Notes: a model not told the origin generated them from the sequence alone. DNA of 64,000 bases from Paraphysomonas bandaiensis (GCA_965644295.1 CBFFRP010000108.1:62001-126000), one strand, 5' to 3'. Shown: positions 1-13,670, counted from the first letter of the stretch. Made by a program: numbers and translations.

Positions 1-174
1 ACGAACTATTTATATTAATTGGTTTACCAAAGTAACACTACCGATTCCAGTCATCACACTAATCGTATAGTTATCTTGCAACACAACTCCCCACATTTGT
101 ATGAAATCAAGTAAGCAGTTGTGTTCATCGCGGTGTGCAATATATATGATGGTTGGAAGTGATAAAGCTATTCT

Positions 175-3100
175 TTATAAATGAAGAAATTGAACAATCA
201 CAACAGTAACGTTATCACTGCTGCCGAGTCGAATAGCTAATTCACATAGCTCCTCGCAAATGATATCGGCACATTTTCCTTCGCAGAAACCATCCCTAAC
301 AAATATTATTACACTACACACACATGGGGGCAAACACACACCTCACTCGTCTTACAGCATCTGGGCGTTTCACTACGTCCCACAACCCATCAGACGCAAG
401 AATAATAAACTCAATGTCTTTTTGAATCTCCACAGTAATGCACTCTGGGTCTGGAATCACAAGGTCGGCGAGAAAGGTCTGGAGCGAGAAGTGCATCAGA
501 CCAAGTCAACACCATAATTAACCGTAAACATACCCGTGAATGGCCTTCCGGCCAATTAAAAAGTTCAGTAACCTCAACCCCTGGAACGAAACCTTTGTAC
601 GGCATATCTCCTATAACACAGTCAAAGCTTATGAAGATAAAAATCCGAAGAACAGCAACTAACCTATGGACCTAGATACCGATATTTCACCACAAACGCG
701 ATATATTTCTGTCCAATCGATGCCACTTGCCTACACCAGTTGTAAATCAACGAAAAAACATGAATCATATCACTGTACTTACCGCATCGACGACATCAGG
801 ATCATTAAGATCCATACGATGTAAGCGCCCATAATATAACTCTCTATAACAAATACGCGTTATACACTTAACTATCAACAGAAAACACCGTACCTCTCCT
901 CTGTGACCCATCCATGTGCCGCTTCGATACGAGCCTGCTCGTCCTCACGGTTGGGAGTGTGGCTATTGCTCATACTGACCTAAATCACTTATCACGACAA
1001 GGCTCACACACACTACCAGAGGGCTTACCGCTTCTCCGCCACGACACATTACAGCTTGGGAATCGCCAATGTTGAATACAGTCAATCGTCTGCCACTTTT
1101 GTTAATCACAGCACCTACTGCAGTTGTACCACTGTAGTTTTCATCCTGTCTCGCCCGCATCTGAAATTCAGTCGCCTTAGAAGCAGGAATATTGTACACA
1201 AAGACTCACCAGAAAATGCTTATCCAAGTTGATGCAGGTATCAAATATAGCGGCATCTAGGTTATTCTCGAACTGCGGGTGTCTGTGCAAAGTAAAAACA
1301 TTATGAACACAAATAAATCTCGTAGATACGAACGTGTAGAGGGAGTGGTGCAACGAAGATTGCAAAAACGTGGAGGCCTGTGCGCCAGAGTGTCCATCGT
1401 ATACCGCAAAGAATGCATCATCAACAGAGCAGGGTCGGCCGCAGGTGCGTGGGGGGTCAGAAAGCTCTCTCCATCTAACACCCCTATTCGATCCGTAGAA
1501 AGGAGTATAGCTACCTTCCCTCGCAGCAATTTCCTGCATTTCAACAGACACTGCACCAAAGAGGTCCGGTATCGTAACGTAGCGATCTTCATTACTGGAC
1601 CTGGGTCCCATGCGCGAGCACGACCCGTACAGCCACCTCACACTTCCCTGGAAAGGAGAAGAGAGGGAGCGAGACCGTCGCGTGTCAGACCCTGAGTCAT
1701 CCTCGGGAGAGTCCATGGCGAATATACCACTCCTGCAGTCCAGTCAAAAACATAAATGTACACTCTGTCGAAAGACTCACATCTCATCTGAAGTGGTTCT
1801 ACTTCGTCTCGGTGGGCTTTCAGGGGATGACGAACTGGCCGGCACATCCTCCGCACTGCCTAAGGGAGGAAGATCGTCCACGGAGTGCCACGTGGCTCGA
1901 ACGCCCACGCTTTCATAAGACAACCCCATAGGATTACTTTCGGGACTACCAGCACTCCCACCCTCTACTTCGTCAAGAAGGCCATGACTGCTTACGCTAC
2001 CACTGCTTACATCGCGGGCAACACCCGGTGCCAGCTGCAGTGAGGAGAGTACGACGTCACCGGCCATGCCAAGCTCGAGCAATTCATCATCATCATCATC
2101 ACGGTCGTTACCAAAATCATCCACTTCATCTCTCCCGGCTGTCTCATTTCTTGCTATACCCCTTCCAAGAGCAGATAATGATCGGTCCGGGGTGGAAGGA
2201 TAGCTGCCAGTTATCTGCCCCCAGCTCATCTTAAGTGGTGATGTGGGTGCAGAATGGGGTGTCTGTGACTGTCCGTGATTGTTTTCGGTTGATGCTATAG
2301 GATGTTCATCATGTCGAGAAAAGGAGGTAAAATGAGAGAGGTCTCCGTAGCTTCGCTCCCTTTCTGTGCGTTGTAGAAGGTGGTCCATTGGACCTCCAGT
2401 ACGGTTCAGTAACGACAACAGCGAGTCATCAGTTTGCAAGGACCTAATCATGCATAAGCACCACCAACACAACAAAACTTATACACTAGATATATACATG
2501 GACGCACCGGCCGAGAGCGCTTCGGGTGGCTGCTAGGGCACTCGCATGCCCAGCCATTGTGGTCCGAGTTCGAACCATATGGGACTGCCATCCATGACCA
2601 TTCCCACCGTACCTCTCGTCTGTCCACTGCGACCGCCCGCCCAGAGAGTGTGTATAGTCCTCGTGGCTTACTAACTGTGACATTGGACCTTGGCTTCTTA
2701 TCTTCAGTAGTGCCAAAACCACTGATTTCTGGAAAGCGAATATCCATCGCCCGAACTACAGCATTGTATACGAGTCAAAAACGGCACAACCAAAGTAAAG
2801 TCAGCTTACGTCATCGGCTGTCTGCGTCCTCAACTGCATTTTTGCTTTTGTTGTCCTCATCACAATTATGTTTTTATCTTTATTCTATATATAAAAGTTA
2901 TAATGAAATATTACTAATATTTACGTTTCAGCGACTACCGATGTCACAAATCGAATTATATTTTCAATGGGTATAAACGTGCTGGATTCGACATCCCCCG
3001 GATCAGGAGAGGATGAGTGGCGAATGACTCCATCCTTTAGTTCAAACCATCGTCGTTCCCAGTGGTGTGAGCTGTTGATCTGAATGTCTAGCCAACCAGT

Positions 3101-3329
3101 CTCCGTACACCTTAATACAAGAGCTCACAATAACAGAGATACTCAGCAACACACTACTAATTGAAATAAAGAGATGCGTAGTAGGCTACCTGAGGGCGTT
3201 CTCATATCCCAGGAGACTGCTCGGTTGAAACAAGCTCGACGAATACTGTTTCGTTAGTGGAGCACCTGTTGATGCGATTAGCCGGTACAGCGACAGTCAA
3301 CATGAAAGAACACTCAACGCACCTTCCAT
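175..3329 (-). CDS. PH-domain + PP2C (PPM) protein phosphatase, multi-exon
   Basis: Spliced reading MEGAPLTKQ..., then PH-like GWLDIQINSSHHWERRWFELKDG...ADDFGRWIFAFQKSV, a Ser-rich linker, and PP2C motifs SNEDRY, FAVYDGHSG, SGTTAV, NIGDS, ILASDGLWDV, GSSDNVTVVIV. Stop at 175-177; GT-AG introns. Confidence 0.88.
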
Positions 3330-3553
3330 ATTTATATGTGGATAAACACGTCCATGTATACGGCTTGTTATTTGAAAACAGTGCAATTTATTAATGTACA
3401 CTGCAGTGATGTGGAAATAGTCAGAGCGCGTGCAGTCTGTTGTGCTTACTATACATACATATACGATAGATGTATGTATAGTACTGCTGTACTGGTGCGT
3501 ATTCCTTTACTCTCATGCTGTACGGTGTACCCTCCTCTGTACAGGATAATTCT

Positions 3554-4135
3554 ATGAGAGTTTTCAGTTCTGCAAATCGTGTAGAAAGACACAAAAAAAT
3601 ACAGCAAATTTCTTTGTCGTTCCATGAAATAATAACCAAGGGAATACGCTCTATGTATGCATCGAATACGGTGGAATACGACTTCAATGATATGATCCAT
3701 GCATGTATGTATAGTTGGTACTTTATGTTGTCTTGCATTGCTGCATTGTCCATGGCAGTGACAGTGAAGCGGTGAGTGGTGTATGCGTGCTCAATGACGT
3801 GCTGGTTGCCGCACGCGCTGAAGTAGTCACCCTTGCGGAGGATGAAGTATCGGTTGACCCTGTAACAAGTCAAACGCAGGGCGCAGGGCGCAGATTGTGG
3901 AATGTGTTCATTGTGTTTTTGTGCTTGGTGGTCACGTCACACACTGCTAGATGTTATTTTTCGTAGGACTCGAGGTACCGCCCGCATGCATGCGGGCGGG
4001 TCGTATGCATGAACAAACGCAGTGAGCACTGAACAGCAAGTGTACGAAGTGAAAAGCGATGCGTTCAGTTCTGGTTGTGTTGGGTACTTTATTTTCATCA
4101 CTCTCAAGGCGACATGTGCTTATTTTTGTATGCGT
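3554..4135 (+). CDS. possible small multi-exon gene of unknown function
   Basis: Coding-like segments (MRVFSSANRVERHKK..., DSEAVSGVCVLNDVLVAARAEVVTLAEDEVSVDPV) separated by intron-like stretches. No recognisable family; boundaries uncertain. Confidence 0.25.
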
Positions 4136-4654
4136 GAGTACATAGGTATGACACTTTTTGTTACGTAAGTTAGTCATTTGTAAAAAGGCGCTAAGGTCTG
4201 AGGTTAATTATGCTACCAGAATTCTACGCTTCTTTCGATTCTTCGTAGCTTGCTTGTGTTGTGCATGTACGTACCCTTCATTATTATGTCTTAGAAGAGT
4301 GTGTTATCGAGGTAGGAAGCTGGTAGTGACGGGATGTCGTTCCTTGACCTGGAAAAAGGTGCTTCCATATATTAGTACATTAGTACCAATTACCAATGTA
4401 TCAGTAGTCAGCAGCTCCATACATGCGTATATTCCATGTTGGTACTAGTCATTACAATCGCATGATAACCGAACTCTCATTCATTCCAAATTATTTCCCA
4501 CATAGTAGTCAGATTAAAGGTAGCTACCACATTGTAGTTTCAGGCGTTCCCAAAACACACAACTCGTTGAATAATTCAAATTGCAATTAAATAATTCTAC
4601 AGTTATTAAAAAATAAATCGGAGTACATGTATCAAACTACGTTTCAGCATGATG

Positions 4655-5678
4655 CTACCGCCTTCTATTCATTCCTCCGAAGCCGGAAAATTCATCTCTT
4701 CGTGCCCCTTGTGGTCCTGCTTTTTCAGCGAATTTCATCTTACGTTCATAATCAGCTGCTGCTGCTGCAAGGGCAGGATCTTTCCTCCCTCGCCAGGAAG
4801 CTGCAGGGGCATCTAAGCAAAGAACAGAAACATATGAACAGAAGGAAGAAAATACGGTGACAACTCACCGGTGGAGTGCATCACTGCCGAAAGAGGTACT
4901 GAGGTGGGCACTGGTGGCTCTAATGGTGGGGCATAAGAATCAGAATGATCTCCCCCATCTCTGCGTGGCAATTCGTCCTTGCGACGATGATCTTTCTTAT
5001 GTTTCTTTTTTTTGTGTTTATCGCTGTGCTTGCTTCTTTTACGCTTGCCATGTTTAGTTGATGGCGAGTAATCATCTACATCACTGTCACGACCGTCATC
5101 CTTAGCAGTCCCTGATATTGATGGTGCAGACCAAAGGTCTTGTCCTTGTGATATAGAGTATGCGTTCTCAAGTTCCTTATCCTTGTAAGCATGCCCGGGG
5201 CCTATGGACACGTCGGCCTCAGGATCTTCTTCCAACCTCTCTTCCTCCCTTTCTCGTACTTCTTTTGGCAATTTGTACTTATCTACATGATCTACTCTGA
5301 GAACTCTTCCTAGTAACTTAATGCCGTTGAAGTTATCCACCGCAAGTATAGTACTCCTTTGGTCTTCATACTTCACAAACGCGAACCCTTTCGATTTATT
5401 CGTTCCTTGCTCTCTTACAACATTAATGTCCTCAATTTCACCCCACTGGGACATGAAACAGATGATATCGCCCTCGCTAAATTCATAAGACAGTCCTCCA
5501 ACATATACCCACGCACTATTTTTATATTTTTCGTGCCATGATCCCTGTTTCCATGCACACGTGATGAGAACAACGCGAATACATTTACCGATCAATCGAT
5601 TACCTTTCCAGAGCCGCCATATATTCCATGCTCTAATTCCTTGTGTGTAATTCGTTCTATTTCCTTAATTACATTCAT
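4655..5678 (-). CDS. RBMX2: RES complex RRM protein RBMX2/Snu17
   Basis: MNVIKEIERI...GSWHEKYKNSAWVYVGGLSYEFSEGDIICFMSQWGEIEDINVVR...SKGFAFVKYEDQRSTILAVDNFNG...RVDHV; Lys/His-rich tail; two introns. Confidence 0.95.
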
Positions 5679-6146
5679 GGGAGATTCTCTTTAATAGACT
5701 AAATTCTCTAATGAGTGCTATACCACTTTAACATGCATGACTCATGATACTGCCGCACCACAACTGTGTGTGTATGCGTACACCGTACAGCAGTACAAGT
5801 ATGCCGTGTAGCGTATAGGCATGTGTACGAAGTATCACCTCCTCCGCTGATATAAGATATTGCTCTATGTATTCTACATATACAGCGTATACCATGGCTA
5901 CATGCATAGTACAAAGCAAGTACTGTCGTGAAGTGTGCGTGTTGGACTGAAGTGGATATGTGTGTGCAGATTCTAGCAGTAACCCCAAGGGCATGGACAC
6001 TGCACAGTCTATAGGGGGGAAGCATACCGCACACTATATACGACACCAATGTCGAGCCCAAGGGGGTGAATACACGTATATACGCCACGAACCCGAATAG
6101 GATATGGTTGAAATGATTAGCATAACCTGTCAAAGCATTGGTAGGG

Positions 6147-9100
6147 ATGGGGAGCGCAGCAGGGAGATGTCAAGAGGAGGATGAGGATGACTATGGATGT
6201 AAGAGGGTTAAGGATGAGAAACAGATGCCCAGACTCAGGCGACATGTCTCCACAAAGCTTCGGATAACGCCTTCCACAGGCCTCAACAACATACTCCAGG
6301 TGAGCTTGTGTGGGTGACGTCATTTGACTCTCAGTGCACGTATAGCGTTCAGTGATGAACAGAAAGTTACGAAGTTATGTTGAGAGCACGTGGGTTCCTT
6401 CCCATGATGATGCTTACTTTAACGTGGAAGGTCGTACTATCGCCCTCAACTTCATCGACTTCATGACGGAAGCTAGAGGTCTGTAGTGTATTACACATGT
6501 ATGATAAGTTACACCCTTGTGTTGAGCAGACTTCACTGAAATTCCAAAGTGTGGGTTTCAGTACTATAGGGCGTGCAGTATATTTGAGAAATATGTCATG
6601 CATGGCGCAAGCAACCAGGTAAATTTTGTAACTACTACCTTCAGTTGGTCATGCAGCGACATAGATACCACTGAGCACACGAGTGGTAGATGACTGCACG
6701 CGTTGTCTTTTTGGTGGGACAGAAGAGCAAGAAGCATATCTGTTTGCTGCTGCTATGTGTGAGGTGTACCTTCTGCAGTATCACACTTCCCCGTTACATT
6801 AACACTTGTTTCAGGCCACCGACTTCCTTATGGCAGAAGTATACCCTTCCTTCGAGAAGTTGTCTTTCAGGGGATTAGCCCGGAAGCAGAGTATGGATGT
6901 ATGTTTAGCATGATTGAAAACTTTAATACATAAGCCGTGTGCATGTGTCTTACAAGTTGTTGCAGATAGCAAATGTGATGAAGCATCGCGTCCGGTCTGT
7001 CATGGTCCCGGGCAGTGACAAAAGAATCATTCTGACGGTTTTGGGTGATTCAGTGGTGCGTATTACCAACTGTTGTAGCTTTACATATGTAAATAACTTG
7101 CAGTATCTTAACGCAATGAAAACGTACTGCGCGAGAAGTGACAGTGAGGCTCGTGGCCTCCTCCAGGCATACTTGGACCTAAAGAGCATTGGTAGGCACG
7201 AAATAACCTGACATACTTTCTCAATGTCGCATTAGAAAACAAAGTGGAACATCTACAAGGCGAGGATTGTGAAATAGAGTAAGTTGCAGCATATAATGCT
7301 GCTGTATTTGGGACTGATTTGTCTGAGCAGCATGGTGTCGTTCCTGCATTGGGTTCATGGATTTTATGTGCAATACTTAACGGGAAGCAGACCAGAGGAG
7401 GTCGGTGTCATGCTTCTTAACTTTTTAAATAATGAACCCTTCATATAGACTGGACTCGCTGCAGCTGCGAAGGGTGATTTTTTAGGAAGAATATCCAAGT
7501 GTATGTCACCGTCTTATGAAGTTCTTGCGCCAGTAGAGGCAAGCGTGGTGAACTGTCTCCGTCTAAATCACCTTGAAGGATTTCTTCACAGTCCTGTAAG
7601 TGTTGGCGTATGCTGTGTATCAACTGACTAGCATATCGTGTATGAAGGAGTATGCGCTTGTAGTGGAAGCAGGTCGTAACACAGTGTGTATTATGGCCTC
7701 GGGGGACTGTGAGCCCACAGAGCAGCAAGGGAGGGTGGGACAGGGTGAGGGATCACCAGACCCAGCTTTGGTTGAAGAAATGTTACATATTTTACGGTCT
7801 CAATATGACGTTGTATTTGGGCAATACCTTGATATGGTGGCCCAGGAGAAACCATTGATGTTGCTTTTTCAGAGTATGTGTCGCTATAAGGTAAGGCTAG
7901 AGGGCACGGTACTTTCAAAGGAGTAATGCCGATATCCATTGTAATTTGTGTAATATGTTCCCATACGACTAGGATACAAACTTTACTAGTGACATGGACC
8001 GTATCGCTGAATGTACCAGCATATTTGAGAGGTACCTTAGCAAAAATACAGCAGATCAGGTGCTACTATTTTTTCCTAAGTTTTTGAACTCTTCTTATAT
8101 TGCTGTGATATCAGGTGGATCTCCCATTAAAAATTACAACCGATATAGTTAAGAATATGTTTAATCCCGGGGAGGTTTGTGCGAAATTGAAATTGATTTT
8201 TGTCTTATGCATGATGTTCCGTGCCAGACCATATTTGACGCTGCGATGGCTTGGATATTGGAGCATTTATGTATGAACAGATGGCCTCAATTCAAGGTGT
8301 AAGTTAAGTTAGAACAAGTCGCAGACGTGACAAGGTATTTTAGGGCGAAGTATTAGAGAAAGGAGGTGAAGATTCGGACCAAACAGAAACATTGGTTGCT
8401 GGTGAGAGTTCTCTACATTTTTCTTTGGAGGACTTGTTTCAATCGTTGAGTAAGACTATTTCTAAAGATCGGCATGGCGGAGGAGAGCTGGTAAGTCAGA
8501 TATATGCTAGTATTTAATATAGCTGACCGTGTAATATGAACAGTGCAAAGAAGAGCACGGCAAAAATGAGGATACTGTGACTTCTGAGGAGCAAATAATG
8601 ATAGAGGAGCCTATTAAAAAGAAATCTGTGGTTGCGCGTATGGATGGTAAAAAGTACACTGATAGAGTGAGGTACATGAGATTAAATTTATAAATGTAGT
8701 TTTGATTGCATTCTTTGTACAGGTTTGAAAGCGTCATGGAAAACTGCAAGTGCTGCGGTCTCTTCAAGGTACTATGTGTTACACGAATCAATAGATTATT
8801 GATAATATGTATTAGCAATTTTTGGATGCCGAGGGTACATCGCAAACACTTCTTTTTTTAACAGAATACGAAGAATTTAGAAAGATTCCTGACTATGGGT
8901 TTCGACAAAATAGGTCAATACTTCACTGCGTTAATTTAGAATTAATAGATGTCCTATTCAGAGCCAGGAAGATATTCAACAAGTTTTTGCATCACAAAGG
9001 TGTTATGCCGGTGCCAGTAACGACACGCACTCGGTATGATTTAAGCTACTTCTAACCACTGATGTAATATTTGAGTACAGGTGTGATATTGAAGAAGCGA

Positions 9101-10137
9101 TTGCATCACTAGATATTCCTTCTAAAATATTTGCTGAAGCTGTGGTGGAAGTCCGCCGGTACATCGAGCACAACCAGTTTCCAAGGTGAAAAGCTATAGA
9201 GCTTGAGTATTCGAATCAACAATACATCGTGTTAGATTTATGCTGTCGGAATACGCTGAAAAGGTCAGAGAAATTATCCGTTGTGATGACGGTAAAGACA
9301 AGGTGAAAAACTTGAAACTGTAATTATAGCTATAACCTCCTTCGTCAAAAGCACTTTGGGGACCAAGTTCTACACGATTCAGTGAGTATAGATATCGACG
9401 AATCTAATTTCTCTGGAAATATAATGTAAACTCTCAACGAAGCACGAATATATGTGTTGAATATATGTGCGACAGGTCGTTACGTGGCGTTCTCACACGC
9501 CAAACCAGCATTCGATTCTTTACAGAATACTGTGTCACAACGTATGTATATATGTGTATTGCACTCATGCCTAATCCCACGCAGGCATTGCACCGAGAAC
9601 CTTTTTTTCTGGCTAGACGCTGATAACTACGCGAACATGCCTGGGTCTGATTTTCGTAAAAGGACTGCAATTAAAATATGCAAGAAGTATATTGATGAAA
9701 ATGTAAGCTACTTATTTATCAGGGCTTATATTGACTTGTGCATTGTTTATTGATATGTTTGGCAGTCCAGAATGCAGATTAATATAAGTTCCTCCACAAG
9801 GTAAGTGAGCGCAGCTTACGTTTTGCACTTTATTTTCTCACCTGACATACGTATAGGGTACAGGTTGTTAAAGAATTGGATGGAGCTGGTAGGCTTATCT
9901 TCAGAAAGGTGTGATGATTAGATGATGCTGTCGTGCATTCATTGATAATATCGATGTACAGGCTCAAGCAGAAGTTTACAAGCTCATGGAGTCCGATACG
10001 TTCCCAAAGTTTTTGGAGTCTTCTCAGGTACTTGCATGCGCAAATTACATCACCAATAAATTATTTTTGTTTATGATCAGTTCGCGCGCATGGCCGAGTG
10101 CTTTGGTCGAGAATTAAGTGATACTCCAAACGATTGA
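6147..10137 (+). CDS. protein with at least 3 RGS domains and an N-terminal MG start (possible myristoylation)
   Basis: Starts MGSAAGRCQEED. RGS-like units: IFERYLSKNTADQVDLP...IFDAAMAWI; FLDAEGTSQTLLFLTEYEEF...ARKIFNKFL; HCTENLFFWLDADNY...KYIDENSRMQINIS...FRKAQAEVYKLMESDTFPKFLES. Many short introns. Confidence 0.8.
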
Positions 10138-10486
10138 TTTGAAGAACATGACATTATTGGCATTGTGCGTATCTCGATTGGTTTATTCGATACCTGTAAG
10201 GGCGCATAATTTTGTCTACATCTGTTGCACATTTACTGTGACTCTATATGCCCTGACTGGTTTGAGCGTTGTCGATGTTCTTTGCTTGCTGTTTCTTCTG
10301 TGGTTAATTAATATGCCAAAAGTTGTGATTAGCTCTTCTGAAATGGAAGCACTTTCAAATTCACCAGCGCGTTAGTAACTTAGAGTTAGATCTATATCAA
10401 CTAGTTTATACGAATATACTCACATGTGTGCACTACTGTGCTATGTAGTTGTTTGAATACTAGTTTCATATCTTAACATTAGTTAT

Positions 10487-10960
10487 GCTAGTGAATATCT
10501 TAACATTATCAATAGACGTTTAAGCGTCAGGACTAACTAGTGCATAACTCTGATATCCTACTATTTAATGCTACGAAAGCTGCTTGTGTTCGCTCTATCA
10601 CTCAAAGCAAACGCAGTTAGTCAGCATAATGATGATATACCTGACATCTACTGAATTCAGGACTTTTGGGTCCTTAAGGTGAACATCCCGGATGCTTAAC
10701 TTCAGCAGGCAGCCCAATACCCCGGATGCCCTTGAGGCGGGCCTATTCCCGGGTGCCTGTTTTTTTGTCAAGGCCCATATAACTTCTACAAAAAAAGTGA
10801 CATTTATTAGTGTCTCTTGTACCACACAAGTATTCGGTATAAGTGGGCAGAAAAATATCTACTGCCTATATATGCAGCTCGAGTTAGTTTCCCGGAGAAA
10901 TATCTCCGGTACTTATCCCCCAGAACACTACGAAAAGGTTCGAGTTCGACTTTGTTGAGG
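10487..10960 (+). mobile_element. dispersed repeat family A, non-autonomous inverted-repeat element copy
   Basis: Clear nucleotide similarity to 34832-35100 and 35645-35905 (tatcctactatttaa.gctacgaaagc; ggatgctt.acttcagcagg; gttagtttcccgg.gaaatatctcc). Confidence 0.75.
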
Positions 10961-11230
10961 AGATTCAACGTTTCAACTAAATTTCTTTGATCTTGCAGAA
11001 TAAGTTGAAATTATAATTGTTGTCTTCTGTTGTACACTTACAGTCGACAATGGCTATTTTCACTATATATACGGAAAAAAGATAATATTTTGTATTCATT
11101 TCCATACTTTTATTGTCATCATGATATTATCGTACTCCTCAGTCAGTACTCAGGAAATACTTATGAAAACAGCTTTTGGGTATAGTATATAGTAGTATAG
11201 TACATAGTATATAGTATATAGCAGGGCTTC

Positions 11231-11306
11231 CTAGGGAACAATGTATCGCAATTGTATTGTTAGAGAGCGTCTCAACAATATTATTGTAATATATCCTAGT
11301 ATGACT
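11231..11306. repeat. short repeat family B, degenerate copy
   Basis: tagggaacaatgtatcgcaattgtattgttagagagcgt...acaatattattgtaatatatcctagtatgact matches both ends of 20692-20798. Confidence 0.55.
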
Positions 11307-11987
11307 GCCTTAAGGAATTCTAATAGGACAGTGCACAGTGCTGGTCGATACAAAATATTCTGACACCTCACTTCCTTTGATCTTTGATGTTATTGTGCTT
11401 CCACATATTATCGTTTTGCAGCAGATTTCATGCTTCACCATAAACTCACAATAATGATTTAATTCACTACAATTTATCTTTTCTTATCTGACATGGGACT
11501 ATAGTTAGCTATTTTGTACATGTTTTTTTACATACATCCCATCTCCGTTCATTTTTGTAGCGTCAGGAGGTACCTCTATTTGAATAATTTGTTAGCACTA
11601 TTATGAGGACTCGTATACAATATGGCTTTTGAGCACATGTGTAACACTGCATCACAGACACATAGAAACAACAAGCATGTCATTATAATTTTACAACTGA
11701 AGGCTTCTGACATATGATAAAGAATGAAATATCACGTTGGCAACTATTCTACTATATGTGCTGTGTTGTATTGTAATGGATGATTAAAACAATCCAGATA
11801 AATGCAGTCAGCTAATATGTCACTCCAATAAAATGAAAGAAATGGTCTCATGTGACTGACAGACACGTGAGTGAATGTTCGACAAGAACACCACTCAAAC
11901 GATCAAGCCCGCTGATAGACGAAAGTATCAGCTGGAACAACAGGGATACCATCATGAAAACACGTATCTATATCTGCCCCAAATGCA

Positions 11988-13547
11988 TTAGCATATGGTC
12001 GGCAGTAAAAGCTCGGCGACATTAAGGTATCTGTCATTGAGGTATTTCTTCTTGGCGGCGATCAAACGTCGCATGGAGGAGGTCACAGGCTCCTCTCCAA
12101 CATGCTTTATCATCTCTTTCGCCATGGGCACTAGGTCAATTTCATCAAGGCCGCTCTCCTCAATCAGCAAATCAGGCCAAACAGCCTGCGTGGGTGGGTC
12201 AAGAGCCTCATCCTCGTCATCACTGTAACAGCAATTACAATGAGACGCCTCTGTGCTGACTTGATGCACCAGAGCTGCGTAAAGAGCGCCAGCAACTAGG
12301 TGACTCGGCTTGTAGTTAAAAAACATGCTCTCCTGAAGGTTACGCTCGGCGTAATAGAAGGCCAGAAACCGGAGACGATCCGAGGCATTGATGAGGTTTA
12401 AGTATCTCGTGAGGAAGTGGTATCCTGTGGGCACGCACAGCTGGTAGTCCAGCACTTGCAACAAGCTTTGCTCCATACTCAGTACATCATCCCGAGAGTA
12501 TGCGTTGTCCGTGATGGAAATACAGTCACGCACATCTGGTGGGTAGATCTCCTCAAATTTGCAAGCCACCAACAACGATGTAACACCCAGCAGCTGCAGT
12601 CGATTGCGAGGGATGCTTTTGCGCTCCAAGTATCGATCCATCATGTTCACACACAGCCACAGGGTAGGTGGTTGAAGAGAATATTTGTAATGTACTTCAA
12701 CTAACCAGTCAACCAGAATACTGCGCATCCGGTGATTGATGTCTTTCTGTCCGGTCATATAGGGCTGTACTAAGAAGGTCTCCTATAACAAAATTTTAGC
12801 ATGACCGCGGTAAAAACATAATATCACACACCTCCTGATCGTAAAATATAGAATACATGGGAGATATTATCTCCAAACACTGCGTAGGATCTGACTTCCT
12901 CATTTTTCTCCTGGTGGGTTTCACTTGTTTTTGTCTGGCGGGAGATGTACCAGAGGATGCTGACGACTTCGTCTTCTCCTTCGTATCTTCAGCAGCAGGA
13001 GGGTCAACTTTAGCAGGTGGATCAGCTTTAGCAGGAGGGTTGGTTTTAGCAGGTAGATCGGTTTTGGCAGCAGGGTCGGTTTTAGCAGGTGGATCAACTT
13101 TAGTCGATGGACCAGCTATAGCAGGAGGGTCAGCTTTAGCGGGTGGATCGGCTTTGGCAGGAGGGTCAGCTTTGGCAGGTGGATCAACTTTAGTCGATGG
13201 ACCAGCTTTAACCGGTGGATCTACAGTCGTCACATTCTCTACCGGCAACTCCTGTGTCTCTGTATGCTTCCTCTTAGTCATAGCCGCCTCTCTCGACCTG
13301 CGACGAGTAACTCTCATATTCTGAACTGGAGGAATAGGGGGCGCATTGTTATCATTCACACTCTGAGCTGATGACTGGGATGCACCAGTGTTGAGTTTCT
13401 GTTTGTATGTGGTTAGTATGGAGAGATCATCGAATCAATAAACACACTCACCTGACGCTTATTTCCCGCCTTTCCCGCCACTTCTGTATCATTCTCACGG
13501 TTAGTTATCTCCTGTAGCGCCCTGCTACGACTTGATCTCGTATTCAT
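11988..13547 (-). CDS. mitotic A/B-type cyclin
   Basis: N-terminal D-box (MNTRSSRSRALQEITN); cyclin box MRSILVDWLVEVH...LQLLGVTSLLVACKFEEIYPP; Cyclin_C region; two introns. Confidence 0.93.
12990..13225 (-). repeat. coding 18-bp tandem repeat, about 13 units (ADPPAK-type)
   Basis: Units like gcaggagggtcagcttta; translation VDPPVK AGPSTK VDPPAK ADPPAK ADPPAK... Confidence 0.9.
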
Positions 13548-13636
13548 AGTTGTATTTAACTTAAAATATGAGAGATGAGAGTGTGAAATTTAAATGAATT
13601 CAAATCACATAATCTTGTGAGATATGTACACGATCA

Positions 13637-13639
13637 TCA

Positions 13640-13668
<29 letters not shown>
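13637..13668. repeat. (CATA)n microsatellite in a divergent promoter
   Basis: catacatacatacatacatacatacatac. Confidence 0.85.

Positions 13669-13670
<2 letters not shown>

Noticed and set aside
2980-3330. Possible structured ncRNA upstream of PP2C
   Set aside because: Resolves into spliced minus-strand exons encoding the start and the PH domain.
12990-13225. CRISPR-like array
   Set aside because: Contiguous in-frame 18-bp units with no unique spacers, in a eukaryotic context.
12857-13324. 155-aa plus-strand ORF with GGSALA repeats
   Set aside because: Antisense shadow of the cyclin minisatellite.
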